From: Cyanidioschyzon merolae
Lineage: Eukaryota
DNA length: 64,000 bases
Strand: one strand, 5' to 3'
Assembly (NCBI GenBank): GCA_000091205.1
Contig: AP006502.2
The position numbers and the translations under genes are program-made. Of the stretch, positions 22,306-36,878 are shown in pieces. The notes under the pieces were generated by a model. It was given only the letters and a program-made list of their open reading frames with translations. It made no database searches and was not told the origin of the DNA. Within the stretch, counting starts at the first letter, position 1. Each line of letters opens with the position of its first letter.

Positions 22306-22645
22306 AATACCGACCGGTACAAAAGCAAACCCCTGAGCCAACAAAGTGCCTATCCAGACTCAACGTTTGCTTCGCGGAGTTTAGGACTTCACCGAACACC
22401 AAACACCAAACATCGCACGCGGCAGAGTGTGGCGGACGACGGCTGCCGACGGACGTCGAGCACCGCGGAAAGCAGCGCCTCCAGGTCCGCATCCAGTACG
22501 GCTCGTTGGTACGGCTGGTTCATCGAGACGCTGCGATACCTACCAGGTGCTTGCGTTTAGCAGGTGATTGCTAGGACGCGGGTTTTTCTATCCATCCGAA
22601 AGCGAACTTGTAACAAGTTCACTCTCTAGGAGCGAGTTCTGGGAA
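22306..22645. promoter_or_regulatory. Short bidirectional promoter interval between the divergent GrpE (-) and NOP9 (+) genes
   Basis: Inferred only from the head-to-head arrangement of the two first ATGs, about 340 bp apart. No motif identified. Confidence 0.4.
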
Positions 22646-25186
22646 ATGGCGAAGCGACCGGCGAGTCATCGGCGGAACCCCGCCAGCGTGGCGCTCCAAC
22701 CGTACCTGGAGCTGCTCACGAAACAGCTCCTAGAGCTGCGGGATCGTCGACCTCATTGCGTCACGGACAACGAAGCCCTGGAAATAGACGCTGAAATCGA
22801 TACGCTTTGTGCGAACTTGTTTCAGGAACTCAGTGGAAAACAGCTTCTGGTGTTACGCGACGTAGTGAACGCACGCCTCATGGAACAACTGCTCGGACTG
22901 CTGCTCGCGCCGCAGAGTGGTACCATGGAAGCGCTAACAAGCAGGGCTGCAGAAGCTGTGTCTGCTCTGATGGCTGGCCCCTGCAGAGCGGCACTTATGC
23001 GTGCGAGCTCGGAGACTACGTGGATGAAACTCCTTCTGTGTGACCCGATCGGGAGTCATGTGCTGCAGAAGCTGCTATGGCGCCTCACAGAGCCGGACCT
23101 TCACCAGGCCATTACTGGAGCTCTGGTGCACCCGAAGGAGCACACCTCAGATGACGGGCAACTTCAGCGGCTGGTGCATGCAGCGCGAGCCGTTGCAGAT
23201 GCCCTGGAGTCGCTAAGCAACTGGTGGTTTGCCCCCGTCGTCGATGACGAGCCTGAGCATACGCCCCTGGATCGAGCGGGTTGTTGGTTCACGACCATGG
23301 TGCACCCGAGTGGTACCCATGTTTTGCGAGCGTTCCTCCTGGTTATCAGCGCCCTTCCGGCGCGACGTTTTGGCCCTGCACAGAACTGGCAAACGCATGC
23401 CCTGGAGCAGTTTCTGAGCGGAGACCAGCCGGTGCCGACAGCACCCGTGTGCCCAGCTCTCCTCGTGAACAAAATTATCCCATCTCTTACAGGTTTATCA
23501 GTGCAAGCGCTTCGACGTCTCATGCGCTATGCACCGGCGTCTGCGACACTGCAGACGCTCCTTCTGGCAACCGTGCAGGTTCATCGTCATCACTGTGACG
23601 CCTCCGATGATGGCGATGAAACGAATGGTACCGAGACGAGTGGATCGCGTGTGCGGCGCCACTACGGGTACCAGCTGATCGCTTTGTTCCTCGGGGCAGC
23701 CCGGGAGGATTTGCTAACTGGCCCCGCAGCGAGTCGTCTTTTGGAGCTAACCCTCCGGTGTGCGTGCGCATGGTCGAACTCGACCGAGCGAGGTTCCTCA
23801 CCAGATATCAGAAACCTTTTGGAGGCATTTTATGCAAAGCACATGTCCGGAGCGGAACGCCTGCGACGCCTGTATCTGCATCCCCGAGCGAACTACTGCG
23901 TCCAGGGTCTGCTCTACAGCGCCAATTTGGGACTCGTGCAGCGCATGCTGGTGGATGATGCGCTCCTCGAGCATCTCGAGGCAAGCAAGCGCGCAACCCA
24001 TCCCGAACCGCGGCATGATCGAAGTGGGGTCCTTTGTGCCGTCCTCAGAGCCGTGCTTCGCGCCAGCGTCGCGAGCGATGCTGCTTTGACGCATCTCGTC
24101 CAGTGTACGATTGCCGCTGCGGAGCAGTGGGTTGGCGTTGGCGCTGTGGATACGCAAAAGGCGACGCAGCACAACGTACGATGCATTATGCAGACGTTGT
24201 TCCCAAATGACGATGAATACGAGCCCACGGGTACCCAGAAGCGTACTCGCGCTGTTGCTACGTCCCCAGCAGCCGTCGAGGCATCAGAGCGCGCAGCGGC
24301 ACGCGGGTCTGTGAATGGATCCCTCCTGCTACAGCTGCTTGTGCATCATTCGAGCGCTGTGCTGCACGCGTTCACGCAACTGGATTTGCCAGAGCTGCTA
24401 ACCATTGCAAAGGACATGGTTGCCTGCCACGCGTTGCTTGCTTACTTGGACGCCGTGGATGCCCGACAAGCGGAACGAATCCAAACGCGCGCGCAGCTCT
24501 ACCGGTGTATACCGCGTGTTCTCGAGTTGGCGAACTCCGCTTCAGGGTCTCGATTTTTGGAAAAGGCTGCTCGTTTTATGCAACAGGACCTCGTATGGCA
24601 GCGAAAGGTGACGGAGCAGCTAGCACCGGCGCTGACAATGCTCGCAGGAACGCACCATGGAGCGCGCTGTATCCGTTTATTTCAAGTACGGCTTTGGCTC
24701 GATTACCCGCAGCTCTGGCTCTCAACTCGGCGAAAACAAGCGTCTGTCAAACGCGTCCTGTCGGAGATCTTGGAATCGGATACCAATGATGGTTCGTTAT
24801 CGCGACCTTCGCGGGATCATCGAGCTTCGACGCGTGCGTCCGCCAAAGGCCACCCATTGAACGCAGCGTCCGCGTTCCTGCACTCTGGCTCGAGTGACGG
24901 TTGCTCGCTTGACCAGAACGCCGAACTCGAGCGTCCGCAAAAGAAGCCATCATTGTTGGCGAGCGACTCGTCCGGAGATCCTAGTTGTGACGCTGAGTTT
25001 TATGCCAGTTTGGCTCGACTCGATCCGCTGCACTTTACGCGAAAGGATTCGTCGTGTACCACAGAGAAACGCTCGGTGCCTGCAGTGCAACCGCTTCCAA
25101 GCACGAGCGTTCGATCCACGGACTTGGCACCGGTCCTCGAGGCCATTCACCGAGCCAGTACAGCAAAGATGGGGCGCACGCCCTAG
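22646..25186 (+). CDS. NOP9: Nucleolar Pumilio-repeat protein, NOP9/APUM23-like
   Basis: Repeated Puf-like helices follow the pattern G/A-S/T-H/R-V/A-L: GSHVLQKLLWRL, SGTHVLRAFL, ANYCVQGLLYS, SSAVLHAFTQ, ACHALLAYLD, GSRFLEKAARF, GARCIRLFQ. This fits Nop9-type irregular Pumilio repeats. The ATG at 22646 (MAKRPASHRRNP) is basic and nucleolar-like. The ORF track starts at 22568. Confidence 0.6.
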   Translation: MAKRPASHRRNPASVALQPYLELLTKQLLELRDRRPHCVTDNEALEIDAEIDTLCANLFQELSGKQLLVLRDVVNARLMEQLLGLLLAPQSGTMEALTSRAAEAVSALMAGPCRAALMRASSETTWMKLLLCDPIGSHVLQKLLWRLTEPDLHQAITGALVHPKEHTSDDGQLQRLVHAARAVADALESLSNWWFAPVVDDEPEHTPLDRAGCWFTTMVHPSGTHVLRAFLLVISALPARRFGPAQNWQTHALEQFLSGDQPVPTAPVCPALLVNKIIPSLTGLSVQALRRLMRYAPASATLQTLLLATVQVHRHHCDASDDGDETNGTETSGSRVRRHYGYQLIALFLGAAREDLLTGPAASRLLELTLRCACAWSNSTERGSSPDIRNLLEAFYAKHMSGAERLRRLYLHPRANYCVQGLLYSANLGLVQRMLVDDALLEHLEASKRATHPEPRHDRSGVLCAVLRAVLRASVASDAALTHLVQCTIAAAEQWVGVGAVDTQKATQHNVRCIMQTLFPNDDEYEPTGTQKRTRAVATSPAAVEASERAAARGSVNGSLLLQLLVHHSSAVLHAFTQLDLPELLTIAKDMVACHALLAYLDAVDARQAERIQTRAQLYRCIPRVLELANSASGSRFLEKAARFMQQDLVWQRKVTEQLAPALTMLAGTHHGARCIRLFQVRLWLDYPQLWLSTRRKQASVKRVLSEILESDTNDGSLSRPSRDHRASTRASAKGHPLNAASAFLHSGSSDGCSLDQNAELERPQKKPSLLASDSSGDPSCDAEFYASLARLDPLHFTRKDSSCTTEKRSVPAVQPLPSTSVRSTDLAPVLEAIHRASTAKMGRTP

Positions 25187-27628
25187 CATCCGGGGCAGCG
25201 CGAGACACCGAATAGGTGGCGGGAGCATCCGAACGAGCCCCGTGGTATCTCAACCTGGGGCAAGCGCTGGCGAGCCCATTCAGCTGGGTCCTTGATCGAC
25301 GACAGCATCGCCTGCGGTGACGTGTTATACGCATCCAGAACTGCAGCGTGGATCTGGGCGAGACCCATTACGTACTGACATCCCGGAGCGAATGCACGAT
25401 GTAGCCACGCAGTGCTCGGGGATGCTTCTCTTCCACTGTTGGGGTTCGTTCGACAGAGGCGTGCGCTCCCAGCTTGCCCTGGACGAAAAGGCGGCGCGGT
25501 TCCACGTAGACTCTTTGAGGAAACCTGTTGCTTTGTTCTGGCGACGTAGGCAAAGCTCCATGCTCTGTAGCGATATTCTAGCGGACATGTGGTATTTCGA
25601 GAACGCGCATGTCGCTGAATAGCATCCAGGTCGTCATCATTGCATGCAGCTCATAAAGATATTCCATCGCATCGAGTTTTGCCCGTGGACTGGCCGACGA
25701 GGTGCCCGCAGCGTCGGTACCAGCCCCCAGCGTACTCCATCGGGCGTTGTGTGGCACTGGATGCACGTTTCCGTTGGGTATACCCATTTCGTAATCGAAT
25801 GGAATGGACCTACGAAGTTAACTCAGGTGTACATGCGCAAAATTTGGATTGCTTCGCACTGTGATCAACAACAGCCTTTGCGGGCGTTTCCTGCCACTGC
25901 TTCCTTCTCCTCTCGTATTCTGACTCGAAATACGCCGGTCGCTCTGTTTCTTCCAGCACTGTTGGATGCAGTCAACGGATGTTTATGATATCTTTAGGGC
26001 GCCCCGATGTTGCTGCGTCTGCCAGCTGTTGGGCACGAATCCCATGCACAGGCACGAGCAGCGGTCTACGCTTCCCTTGTCATTTTCTTGTTCTTGAAAT
26101 GAAGCTTCGGTGCGCGGTTTGCCGCGATGACACTTGACTGCGGTCAGGTATTGCCGTACTTACTCCAGAACGCCTCCTTCAAAGGCCTACCCTCCGGCGC
26201 TCGAACGCTCCCGTTGATGGGCTCCTCCTATGCCGGCACCCGGTGCCGTGCCCTGCGTCCGGGGGCTTGTTCTTGGTAACCGCCTTGGCGAACGTTCTTT
26301 TCGCTCCATTCGATGACGCAACCTTCTTGCATGCTTTTCATTTTCTAAAAAAGCTTTCGAAAACTATGCCGATGAGCGTTATGAGGGTCGAGGTGCCCTG
26401 CCCACACATAGGCGGAGTGTGCACGTTTTCCACCAGCTTACGATAAAGTAGCCACGGCTTCCGAGACGCTCTGGGGTTTCACTCGCACATCGGACCATGC
26501 CCCGATCCGGTTTCTTCCGCTGAGACGAGTATGATACGCGTGCAAGTGGAGCTTTTGACTATAGACGCCATTCGGAGTGTTCGAAACTCGTGCCTCCAGA
26601 GCATTGTCGTTTACCAATGGCGGAGATGGATCGGACGCCACTGCGGATTTCGCAGAAGCGCAGGTGCCAACGTTCGCTCTCCCCGCGTCCGGGCGTGCGC
26701 CAAGCGCACCAGGGCGCAACTCCGAGAAACCACACTTCTCTACTGCTTGACATACCGCCAAGTGTCTCCTCTTGTGCGCTATGTGACTGTCGTGAGGCAT
26801 CCAGCATTTTCGCACTCGATGATGATCGACAATCCCTGGTCATCAATCATAATGGACGACAATGCATCTGCTCGCTATAGAGCAAATATCCCTTCCCTCC
26901 CTTTTTGATTGTCCTTCACACCTTCCTTCGCCTTCCGTCGTTATTCGTTCCTCCAACTGCTTCTGAGCGCCTTCGAGGCTCTGGGCGAAACGTGCCTAGT
27001 TCGGATTCTGGGATTCGGGGAAGTTCGGCTGCGTCTGGGTATCGCCCTGTTCGCGATGGACTCCTAGTTGATCGCTTCGCGCTCTCGCAGGCAGTACGTC
27101 TGTCTGTACGACTTGCAGGCTCCGAAAATGAGTGTGTACTCCGACCCCGTATCAGATGAAGCATTCGTCGAGCCGACGCCCTCAGTATTACGGGAAAGCC
27201 CTTCCATTTCCGTGATGCAGCGGCACCGGCGGCATAGGCGCTACAGCGGACGGTCAAAGCAGGCACTCTGCTCTCGATAGAATTTACGAAACAACCAGGA
27301 CATCAAGCAACAGGTGATGGAACTTTCAGGTAAGCTGCAGCATAATCATGAACGCTTTTTCGATTATGAATACCCATCTATCCCACAAACTGGGATATCC
27401 ATAGTCCATCGAGCTCTTTCATCATTGGTAAAAAAGATCACCGCTGCCGTCGCTCAGCCGACGCCTCCGGGCACCGCGGCACGAAACGGGACGTCTCAAT
27501 CAACGTTTTCGTTGTGCTGAGACAACGTATCCGTCGGATAAACGTGTTTGACACGAGTGCGTTTCAGCTGTCGTTCGCATAAACCATTCGAAACAAGGCA
27601 CGAGAATACTCAACTCTGATTACCCGTG

Positions 27629-28366
27629 ATGGACCCTTTTGGTTCCGATCGATTCTTCCGTCCGGAGACGTTCAAGAACTTCCGGGAGCTGACACCGGCA
27701 GTCCGCCAACACTTGGCCCTCGTGTACCGCACTCTGTTCTACGCGGTTGTTTGGGCTGCTCTGGGTTGCTTCGTTCAACTGAACTACGGTGCGTCGTTAC
27801 CACTGCCGACTGGGCTTCTCACGACACTGGCTACGTTTGGGACGTTGTTTTTATGTAACTCGGGCGGCCTCTCGCTGGAGACCAGACAACGGCTGTTGAT
27901 GCTGTTTGCTGCGCTTCAGGGGTATGGTGCGGCACCAGTTGTTCAAGTCGCCCTTGATGTGGACGAGTGGCTGCTGCTCCAAGCGCTGCTCGCAACTGCG
28001 GCAGTTTTCGGGGCTTTCTCGCTGGCTGCACTGCACGCGAAACGTCGCTCGTACCTCTACCTGGCGAGCTGGTTGGGTAGCGCGCTCTCTGTTTTGACGT
28101 TTTTGGGGCTTTGGGGCCTGATAACCGGCGGCCTCGGTGACTGGAGTCTGGCTGTTCTCATTTACGGCGGTTTGATGGTATTCGCTGGTTATGTGATACT
28201 GGATACGCAAGTGATCGTCGAGCGCGCCTCCAACGGCGACCGGGACCATGTGCGACACAGTTTGGAGCTCTGGATGGATCTCTTTGCCATATTCGTTCGA
28301 GTTGTGATCGCGATGCTTCGCAGCCAAGAGACGCGAGAGCGTCGTCGGCGAGAACAGCACAAGTAG
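27629..28366 (+). CDS. Bax inhibitor-1 / TMBIM-family membrane protein
   Basis: About seven hydrophobic segments. The C-terminal family motif is ILDTQVIVERASNGDRDHVRHSLELWMDLFAIFVRVVIAML, matching D-T-Q-x-I-x-E...G-D-x-D-x-x-x-H...LF-x-D-F...F-V-R. The ATG is at 27629. Confidence 0.85.
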   Translation: MDPFGSDRFFRPETFKNFRELTPAVRQHLALVYRTLFYAVVWAALGCFVQLNYGASLPLPTGLLTTLATFGTLFLCNSGGLSLETRQRLLMLFAALQGYGAAPVVQVALDVDEWLLLQALLATAAVFGAFSLAALHAKRRSYLYLASWLGSALSVLTFLGLWGLITGGLGDWSLAVLIYGGLMVFAGYVILDTQVIVERASNGDRDHVRHSLELWMDLFAIFVRVVIAMLRSQETRERRRREQHK

Positions 28367-29244
28367 ACTCGCGAGAGCGTGTTAGTGGAACGGCGCAATG
28401 GTTCAGGCGCCAGTGCATCCGTGGACCGCGCTCGGGATACGGTAGTTGTCGCGGCATCAAGGGCTCTGTGAGCGGGGACGCGCCACCCATGCATACACAT
28501 CAAAAACTTTTCGTCGTCCTATATTAGAAAGCACTGTGCATCTCTTCGCTGATGAAATATCGCAGTGCAGCAGCACCAACGGGCCACAGGGCGCGCGTAA
28601 AGCGAGCAACAAGGTTCCGCAGAAAGTCGTTCAGCAACTTCAAGGAGAACAGGGTTTGCCCGCGGCAAAACGTTCCCCGCCACGCATGTCGTGTGTTTGT
28701 GATCCAGACCAGCACTACGTATCAGGTCTCTTCGATCATTCGGTAAAACTTGCGATGCCTGTGCACTAAATCGAGAACCAAAAACACAGACAAATTTTCG
28801 AGAAGCTATCGCCCATGAGCAATCGGTGCTGGTAACGTCGAGCGCTACACACGGGGCAATCCTGGATGCTGAGACGATCATGCATGGTTCTGGTACAGGG
28901 CCCATGAACTTCTTCGTTCCTGGACAGGGGTTCAATACACTTGTGAACACATGACACCATCGAAGCGTGTTCAGCTGATTCCATCGCAACAGCGCTTCGC
29001 ATAGCAGAGCTCGATTCATGCCGGTGAAAGCACCGTGGGTACGAACGCCTCGTACCAGCGGACTCGAAAGGGTGCGCTCCGACGCAATACAAGCATACGA
29101 GGCTGAGCGGATACCCCCTTGCCCCCGCCCCGGCTACGACAACGCCACAAGGCCACCAGCAAGACGTACTGGTGTCGCTCTGGTCAACACCATGACTCAC
29201 GCCTTCGTCGCCTATGACGCTCCAGAGCCTAATCAATGCTGCAT

Positions 29245-30729
<1,485 letters not shown>

Positions 30730-32329
30730 TCAGTTAGCAAGAGCCAGGGACACCGCAGGTTTCGCCAAAATACGTTGGGACGTTTCTGGGGCGCGGCAGT
30801 TGTCGCTGGGGAACTGCTTCGAAAGCGAATCGCAGCATTGAGGCGCAGCACGCTGCCACTCCTCGTGCCTTCGCTGCTGGAACAGAGCGATTTCTCGGGA
30901 GCGGCTTATAAAGTGCCCCGTAGGATGCAGAAGACTGCTGCATCTCGGAACACGCTTTACTATCGAATGATAAGGAACACTTGTCGTTCATTAACTGTGG
31001 AGGGAAATCGTTTCTGGTCCACGCACCTGTCTATATACGGCGCTGCAGCGTGCCTGCATTGCTGAGTTGTACCGTGCAAGTGCCTTGCTGCAGGCGCGAA
31101 GAGAACGCCGCCTCCTCTGACCAGTGATTTTCGTCATAGAAAGCCTTTGGGGTTTCACGGCAATGTCCGCACGAAGCACGAGACGATTCGATCGAGTCTT
31201 CGCCGGGCACCACGTCGCTGGACGCTCCGAAAGCATGAGACCTGTTCGAACGCTGACCAAAGCGTTCAAGTCTCGACGCAGAGCGTGCTTGCGCGCATGG
31301 TTGCAGGAGGAATCACGCCAGAGCAGGGTGCTCACCTTCGATATCCTCGCGGTCTGACAACCGTGTAGCGTATCAAACACAATATCTGGTGCGTCCGTCT
31401 CTAGCTCATGCTCTGCCTCTCTGCCCGTTTCATCATCCTCCTGTGTTCTTCATTCGCGGATGTTGTCCTGCACGCAACGATGGGCATCGTACAGAATCGA
31501 TGCCTTTGCTCGTTCGACGCTGCCCTCTAATGAGCAGTAGTGCAGGATTTTTGCGATACACCAATTCTAGCGCCAGAGGCTACCAAGATACGATACGACT
31601 CGTCGGACATTTTCCGCTACAACGCATTGAGCGATTTGGAGGACGCACGCTTTTGGCGTCCGCACAACAGACACCGTTGCGTATCCTAGCGGTGTCGTAT
31701 AGACTCTGGTTAAAGCTCCTCTGCATGAGCCATTTGGACGCTAAGGTACTCCCCGAATAAAGCGTACAGACCATGCTGCTTGGCCCCGTGCGGAGCCCAG
31801 TATGTCGAGCCTAGCCCTGTCGCCGTCGTTTCTCTAGTTGGAATGCGTGCCGGCGTCGAGCAGGCCTGTCTTGTCACTATGGAGATCGCTGGAAAATATG
31901 AGACGATTCATGTTGGTTCCATTCTGGTTATCGGTTCCGTCCTGTTGATGCTGAGGTACGGCGACGACGATGATGCCCTGGCACCCGGGATCCGTGCCCT
32001 CGACGGATTCTCTCCCTCTCTCGCTCTCTAACCTGCACGGCCGAAAATGGCTCTCGTTGCCCGACTCTGGCCAAGATTTCATAAAATGCTTGCAGGTGAA
32101 TATACCGTTGCTCTCCATCGTAGTAGTGAACGTTGCTCCATTAAGTTGGTGTAGATGAGAGACCCTGAACGAGCTCTGCCAATGCTCTTCGCGAAGTTGC
32201 TCGAATTTTGCATAGCAGGTTACAGAGAGAAGCACCGTCTTCTCCTTCTCCTACACCTGGACATGTTGCATGTATGCTGTCATTCATCTCCATATCTCTT
32301 TCGCCCTGGCACGCAGATGTCGCTAGAGG

Positions 32330-32503
32330 CTGGTTGGGCTGACGCTTGCCATTCGTAGGAATGCCGCGAATTTTCCAAAAGCGCCGTTTCGTCACCTTCT
32401 TCGTCATCGTCAGAGACTGGTTGGACTGACGCTTGCCACTCGTAGGAATACCGCGAATTTTCTAAAAGCGCCGTTTCGTCCCCTTCTTCTTCGCGGGCAC
32501 GTC
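32330..32503. repeat. Tandem duplication of an 87-bp unit inside a 3.7-kb gene-free interval
   Basis: The unit 'ctggttgg(g/a)ctgacgcttgcca(t/c)tcgtaggaat(g/a)ccgcgaatttt(c/t)(c/t)aaaagcgccgtttcgtc' begins at 32330 and again at 32417. Copies are about 90% identical. The minus-strand ORF 32280..32672 translates it as two 29-aa repeats (DETALLENSR.SYEWQAS). Confidence 0.7.
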
Positions 32504-34390
32504 CACCGACCGAAACGCGCTGTTCGGCTCTACCCCAAGCGTGAGCGGCGACGCAACGGACCATTTCTGGGCTGGTAACCGAAGCGAAATATTTATCGAG
32601 CAGCTTCGAGGTCATGGATGCGAATGACTCGTTCGTTACGCTGTGAGCGAAAAAGAAAGCGTGTCGGACCATAAAGAAGACGCCTTCAACTGGACTCTGG
32701 TGTTGCCAGATGTATCCGCGGCACCTCCACTACCCAGACCCGCACTGTGGCATGTGAACACGTGCTTCACCGCCCGGTACTCGCACTGGACGGGTACAAC
32801 AGGCTCGCCTCGATATCGTCCAAAGCATCCGCACCCTGCGCCACACGCTGCGTTCACATGTATCTTCTGAGCGATCCGTTCGGCGCATACGCAAGCGCTC
32901 GCCGCTCCATTCGATACAATATTCGTAGAGTACGATATCACCCTTTCTGGAAAGATTATCGGAAGCAAACCCCAGCCTGGAGATCCATTCGGGAAATTGC
33001 GATCCGTCTACGCTCGCCTCATGCAACGCGACAACATACGCTCCACTGGAAGCGTCCGCTGCGATAACTCAGGTCCGTTTCCAAGACCTCTTCCATGCAA
33101 ACAAAAGAGCCGTTTAGCCTCCAGGAGCGTGTCTCGTGAGCATTATCATGCTACTGCTGTCGAATGCCGATTCATAGATTGCCTCAGAGAGAGAAGGATT
33201 CGTCTGTCTAACGTAATCGATTATTTTGCGTAAGAGCTTCAGTGAGCGTTCGGCATGAGCTTGTGAACAACTCGACAAGGGACGACGTCAAACTGTGTAT
33301 CGTCGTCAATCCAGCTGTGCGAATGAATGCGCCCAAGAGTTGCTTTGAAACAGAAACACCGAAAACGTGAAGCATGCGTGATTTGATCATGCACCATGCG
33401 AGGAACTTGGAAGAAACGTGGCTCACACGTACGAAATGTCTCAGGATATCGCTTATTATCGTACATATCCTTGTTCCATGGCGTCGCAAATCATCCTGAT
33501 TCCGGTGGCGTAAAGCATTCCAGCGGCAATGCGTCGCAGGAGCCACCCTCCGAGCACACCCGAAATCCACGCATGAGTCCGTACGCACGCACTGCTGAAC
33601 TCGGACTCTTCAGGATATATATTGGACAAGTTCGGAAAAACCTCCCGAAACCTACTACCAGACCGACTCGACCGGCGTTCTGCTTCCGTCTCGTATACGT
33701 TTAGAGAGGCCAGCCAGCGCACCCCCGTACCCGTGCCGCGCCCCAGCTGCTGTGTCGTGCGTGTTCGTGCATGACGCGATGCGGCACGCACACCGCGCAG
33801 CGAGGCGTACCGCGGCAGTTGCCGCTGCCTGCGAGCGCTGTGATTGATCGATCGATCGACGGATCGTTGATCGATCGCGACGCGAGCATCTGTTCAGCAG
33901 CAGCGCCTGTTGCTGCTCACTTCTGAACGGCGTCTGCACTCCGATTTCGCGCAGCAGCGCGCACGTTGGCCCAAAGCTGCGCAACGTTGCTCCTATTCTG
34001 AAGCGATTCTCACACAGAGGCTCCTGGCGTTTCCAGGTGTGTTCCTGTGGGAGCATTTGTGCGTGCGTGTGTGCGTGCGTGTGTTTGTGTCTAGACGTTG
34101 GACAGGTGCCTGAAGCCAGCGCACCGTTTGGACGAAGCGCTTCGAGGGACTGCGCGCGTGCGCGCTAGCGTTCACCTCGTTGGATAGCGCTTACAGAGGC
34201 GAGCGAGCTTGGCGTTCGAGCGCAGCGCTTCTTTCGTTTTTGCGGGGCGTGTGCGTTCCCTGCATACGACAGAACAAAGCGAGGGTTCGCTGGCAGCGCA
34301 GTGTGTGTGCGTGTGAGTCGGAACATCTGGTGTACTTCCAGCCGCAGGTATAGACGCTTTCGTCGGCAGTTGGGACTCTCGTGCATAAAC

Positions 34391-34960
34391 ATGAGCGAAC
34401 AACAGCAACAGCAGCAACCACAGCAGCCTCCGTTGCCGTGTGCGACGGGTTGTGGGTTTTACGGTCGCCCCGAGACTCAGAATATGTGCAGTAAGTGCTA
34501 CAGGGACCACAGCCAAAGTTCAGAGTTGAGCAGCAACCGCGCGAGCGGTACGTCCTCGGGATCCGCAGTCCCGACACCTGCCACGCGCGAGGCACCAGAT
34601 TCACCGCGAGATGTACAAGACAACATGTCGGTTTCCGGGGTTGCAGCGCTCACCAGTACACTCGAGTCCCAACCGAAACTCGAAACGGAAACCGGCCCCG
34701 CAGCCGTGTCCGCAGAGGGATGCAAGGCAGAGGTACAGGTAGAGTCACCAAAGCGAGAGCAGAAGGACCACGGCAACTGCTTCAAGTGCAATCGCCGAGT
34801 TGGACTGCTGGGTTTCAAATGCCGATGTGGTTTTACGTTTTGCTCGCTACACCGCTACGCTGAACAACACGACTGCGACTACGACTATCGTGCGCGGGCG
34901 CGTGAACAGCTCGCGAGTGCCAATCCGGTAGTTGCGGCGAGCAAACTGGAAAAAATCTGA
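34391..34960 (+). CDS. A20/AN1 zinc-finger (stress-associated protein family)
   Basis: ATG at 34391 (MSEQQQQQQPQQPP). The A20 finger is CATGCGFYGRPETQNMCSKCY. The C-terminal AN1 finger is CFKCNRRVGLLGFKCRCGFTFCSLHRYAEQHDCDYDY. The ORF track opens 90 nt upstream at a non-ATG. Confidence 0.85.
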   Translation: MSEQQQQQQPQQPPLPCATGCGFYGRPETQNMCSKCYRDHSQSSELSSNRASGTSSGSAVPTPATREAPDSPRDVQDNMSVSGVAALTSTLESQPKLETETGPAAVSAEGCKAEVQVESPKREQKDHGNCFKCNRRVGLLGFKCRCGFTFCSLHRYAEQHDCDYDYRARAREQLASANPVVAASKLEKI

Positions 34961-36246
34961 AGACGCTTGCGTTCCCGGAGGAAACTTTTTGAGGTGTTTG
35001 ATGGTAAACCGTTGTCCTGTTTCTCGACCTAGAGTTGGACGTTTCGTTGACGGTTGCATTCCGTGCTGGTCGGTCATGATCATAACGGTATACGCGTTTA
35101 TCAGCTCCGCTCGAAAGCTCTCTGATCCGTTTCCATCGCAAGACAGCATATGCTCGTGTCCTGATGCACTGACACGAAATTCTCGATGTAAGGAATCCAG
35201 TGTATCTGGAACCGTGCAGGTTTCAGTGTAGGCGCATCGTGCTCATAAGCGAATGCTGCGAGTTGTGTCGGGGTCATGTCGTGAAGCCTCATGACTTCAG
35301 CGAAGACGCTTCACCATATCCGGAAACCTCCTTGCTCTAGCGCGCACGATGTGCGGTTCTAGCGTCGCACAAGGAATTGAACTCCACGCGGCGGCAATGG
35401 AGAAAACTCGAAAGACCGGAACGCGCTCCAGCAACCGAGTTGCCGCTCTATACGCCCTGTACGCATCGCTTACCGCACAGCATCCAGGTGTACTTGTAAC
35501 GCCTGGCTCGCGTCTCTTCGCGTCAATGAAGGCCTTTATGAAATACCGGGAAGGGTGCATTGTCCGTTCGAATGCTAGGTCTCTGATAGAAGCCAGTAGA
35601 GTGCATCCAGATCGCGAGCGGCAGCAGCGCATTCGAAACCCCAGTCGTCTTCCAGTTCGTACGGACATGATGTTGCACCCGAAGCGGTCGTTGCAGCGTG
35701 CGTTATCAAGTTGTAATCGTTCAATTGCTTGACAACTGAAGAGTGGCAGTTTCCAGACACTTTACAAAGCTTGTATGACTGAAAATATCCAACGCTGAGG
35801 CCGATGAAAACCGCGACACGACAGGCCGTCGTTCCCGAGCGGATCGTGGTTTTTGCTCGCCTTGCTGGACTCCGCTGCAGCTGCGAAAGAAAATACTTCA
35901 AGCGTTTTCGGATTTGGGGTATTCGTGAATTTTGCAAGGGCTTGTAGTGCAAGGCGGTGGCGGCGGCGGCGGCGGTACGGTACGAAAGGAGGGACTGTGG
36001 AGGCTTCGCAGTGTGTGTTCCGGATGTTACGGCCCGAGCTGAACTTGCCACAGCGGTGTCGATCGAAAATGGAACAAAGAACTGTTCGCTCTGTTCAGGA
36101 GCTGAGATTTTGCTGAACATTTTTTAAACGCTTAACATCAATTTTGGCTTTCAAGTGCCTAGGTCTTACTGATGCATACGAGATTTTAGGATTCTTGGTT
36201 GTTTTCTCCGGGTGTCTGTTTCAACGCTTTGTCGCTGGAACGCTTT

Positions 36247-36878
36247 ACGTCACCGAAATCAAGATGAATCGCGATGCCTTTTAATAAGCGTTTGTGAAAT
36301 TACCGGTGTCACCATCCAGTTCATACGTGCACCGATTACGCTTCTCCTTTGCTTATGTTGCGCATACGTAATCACGAATGCTTCACGTTCCCAATGCTTC
36401 CGTGTCAGGGTAGCTCATGGACGCAGCAAGGCGCGCACCTGGACGGACGACGACCAATACATGGCGTCGTCCAGTGACGACATCATCACAAGCCCATGCC
36501 GAAAGTCCTCAGAACTTGTCATGTCAAGCAGTCGATGCCGTTCGAAGGACGAATCCGTCTCTCGCTGTGGCAGTCCATAAAACGTCATTCGACAGCCGCG
36601 GCATAATAGCTCTGTCTGGATGCGCACCCAGCTGCTCCGGTCGCTTCTATTTCCTCGGTAAATGCCTTCGACTCGAGTCATTGCAGCGATCGCATCCAGC
36701 GCAGAGCGCGTCACCGCTTTGCACACAGGGAGCGTAGACGGATCGACGTTGCTCGACTTGATCGCGAGCGTGGACTTTTTTTCTCGTACTTGTGTCACCA
36801 TGGAGGACATTGCGTTGCGTAAATCGTCTGTCGACTAGAACAGCATGCGCGTGTGTTTTCAGCGGACAAAATACTCCT
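36247..36878. repeat. Dispersed repeat, copy B (partner of 18067..18700)
   Basis: See copy A. Same orientation. It lies in the gene-free interval between the AN1 gene and RPN8. Confidence 0.85.

Noticed and set aside
35575-36120. 181-aa minus-strand ORF in the AN1-RPN8 gap
   Set aside because: No recognisable family, low-complexity Ala-rich segments, and it is adjacent to the dispersed repeat. I cannot support it as a gene without expression data.
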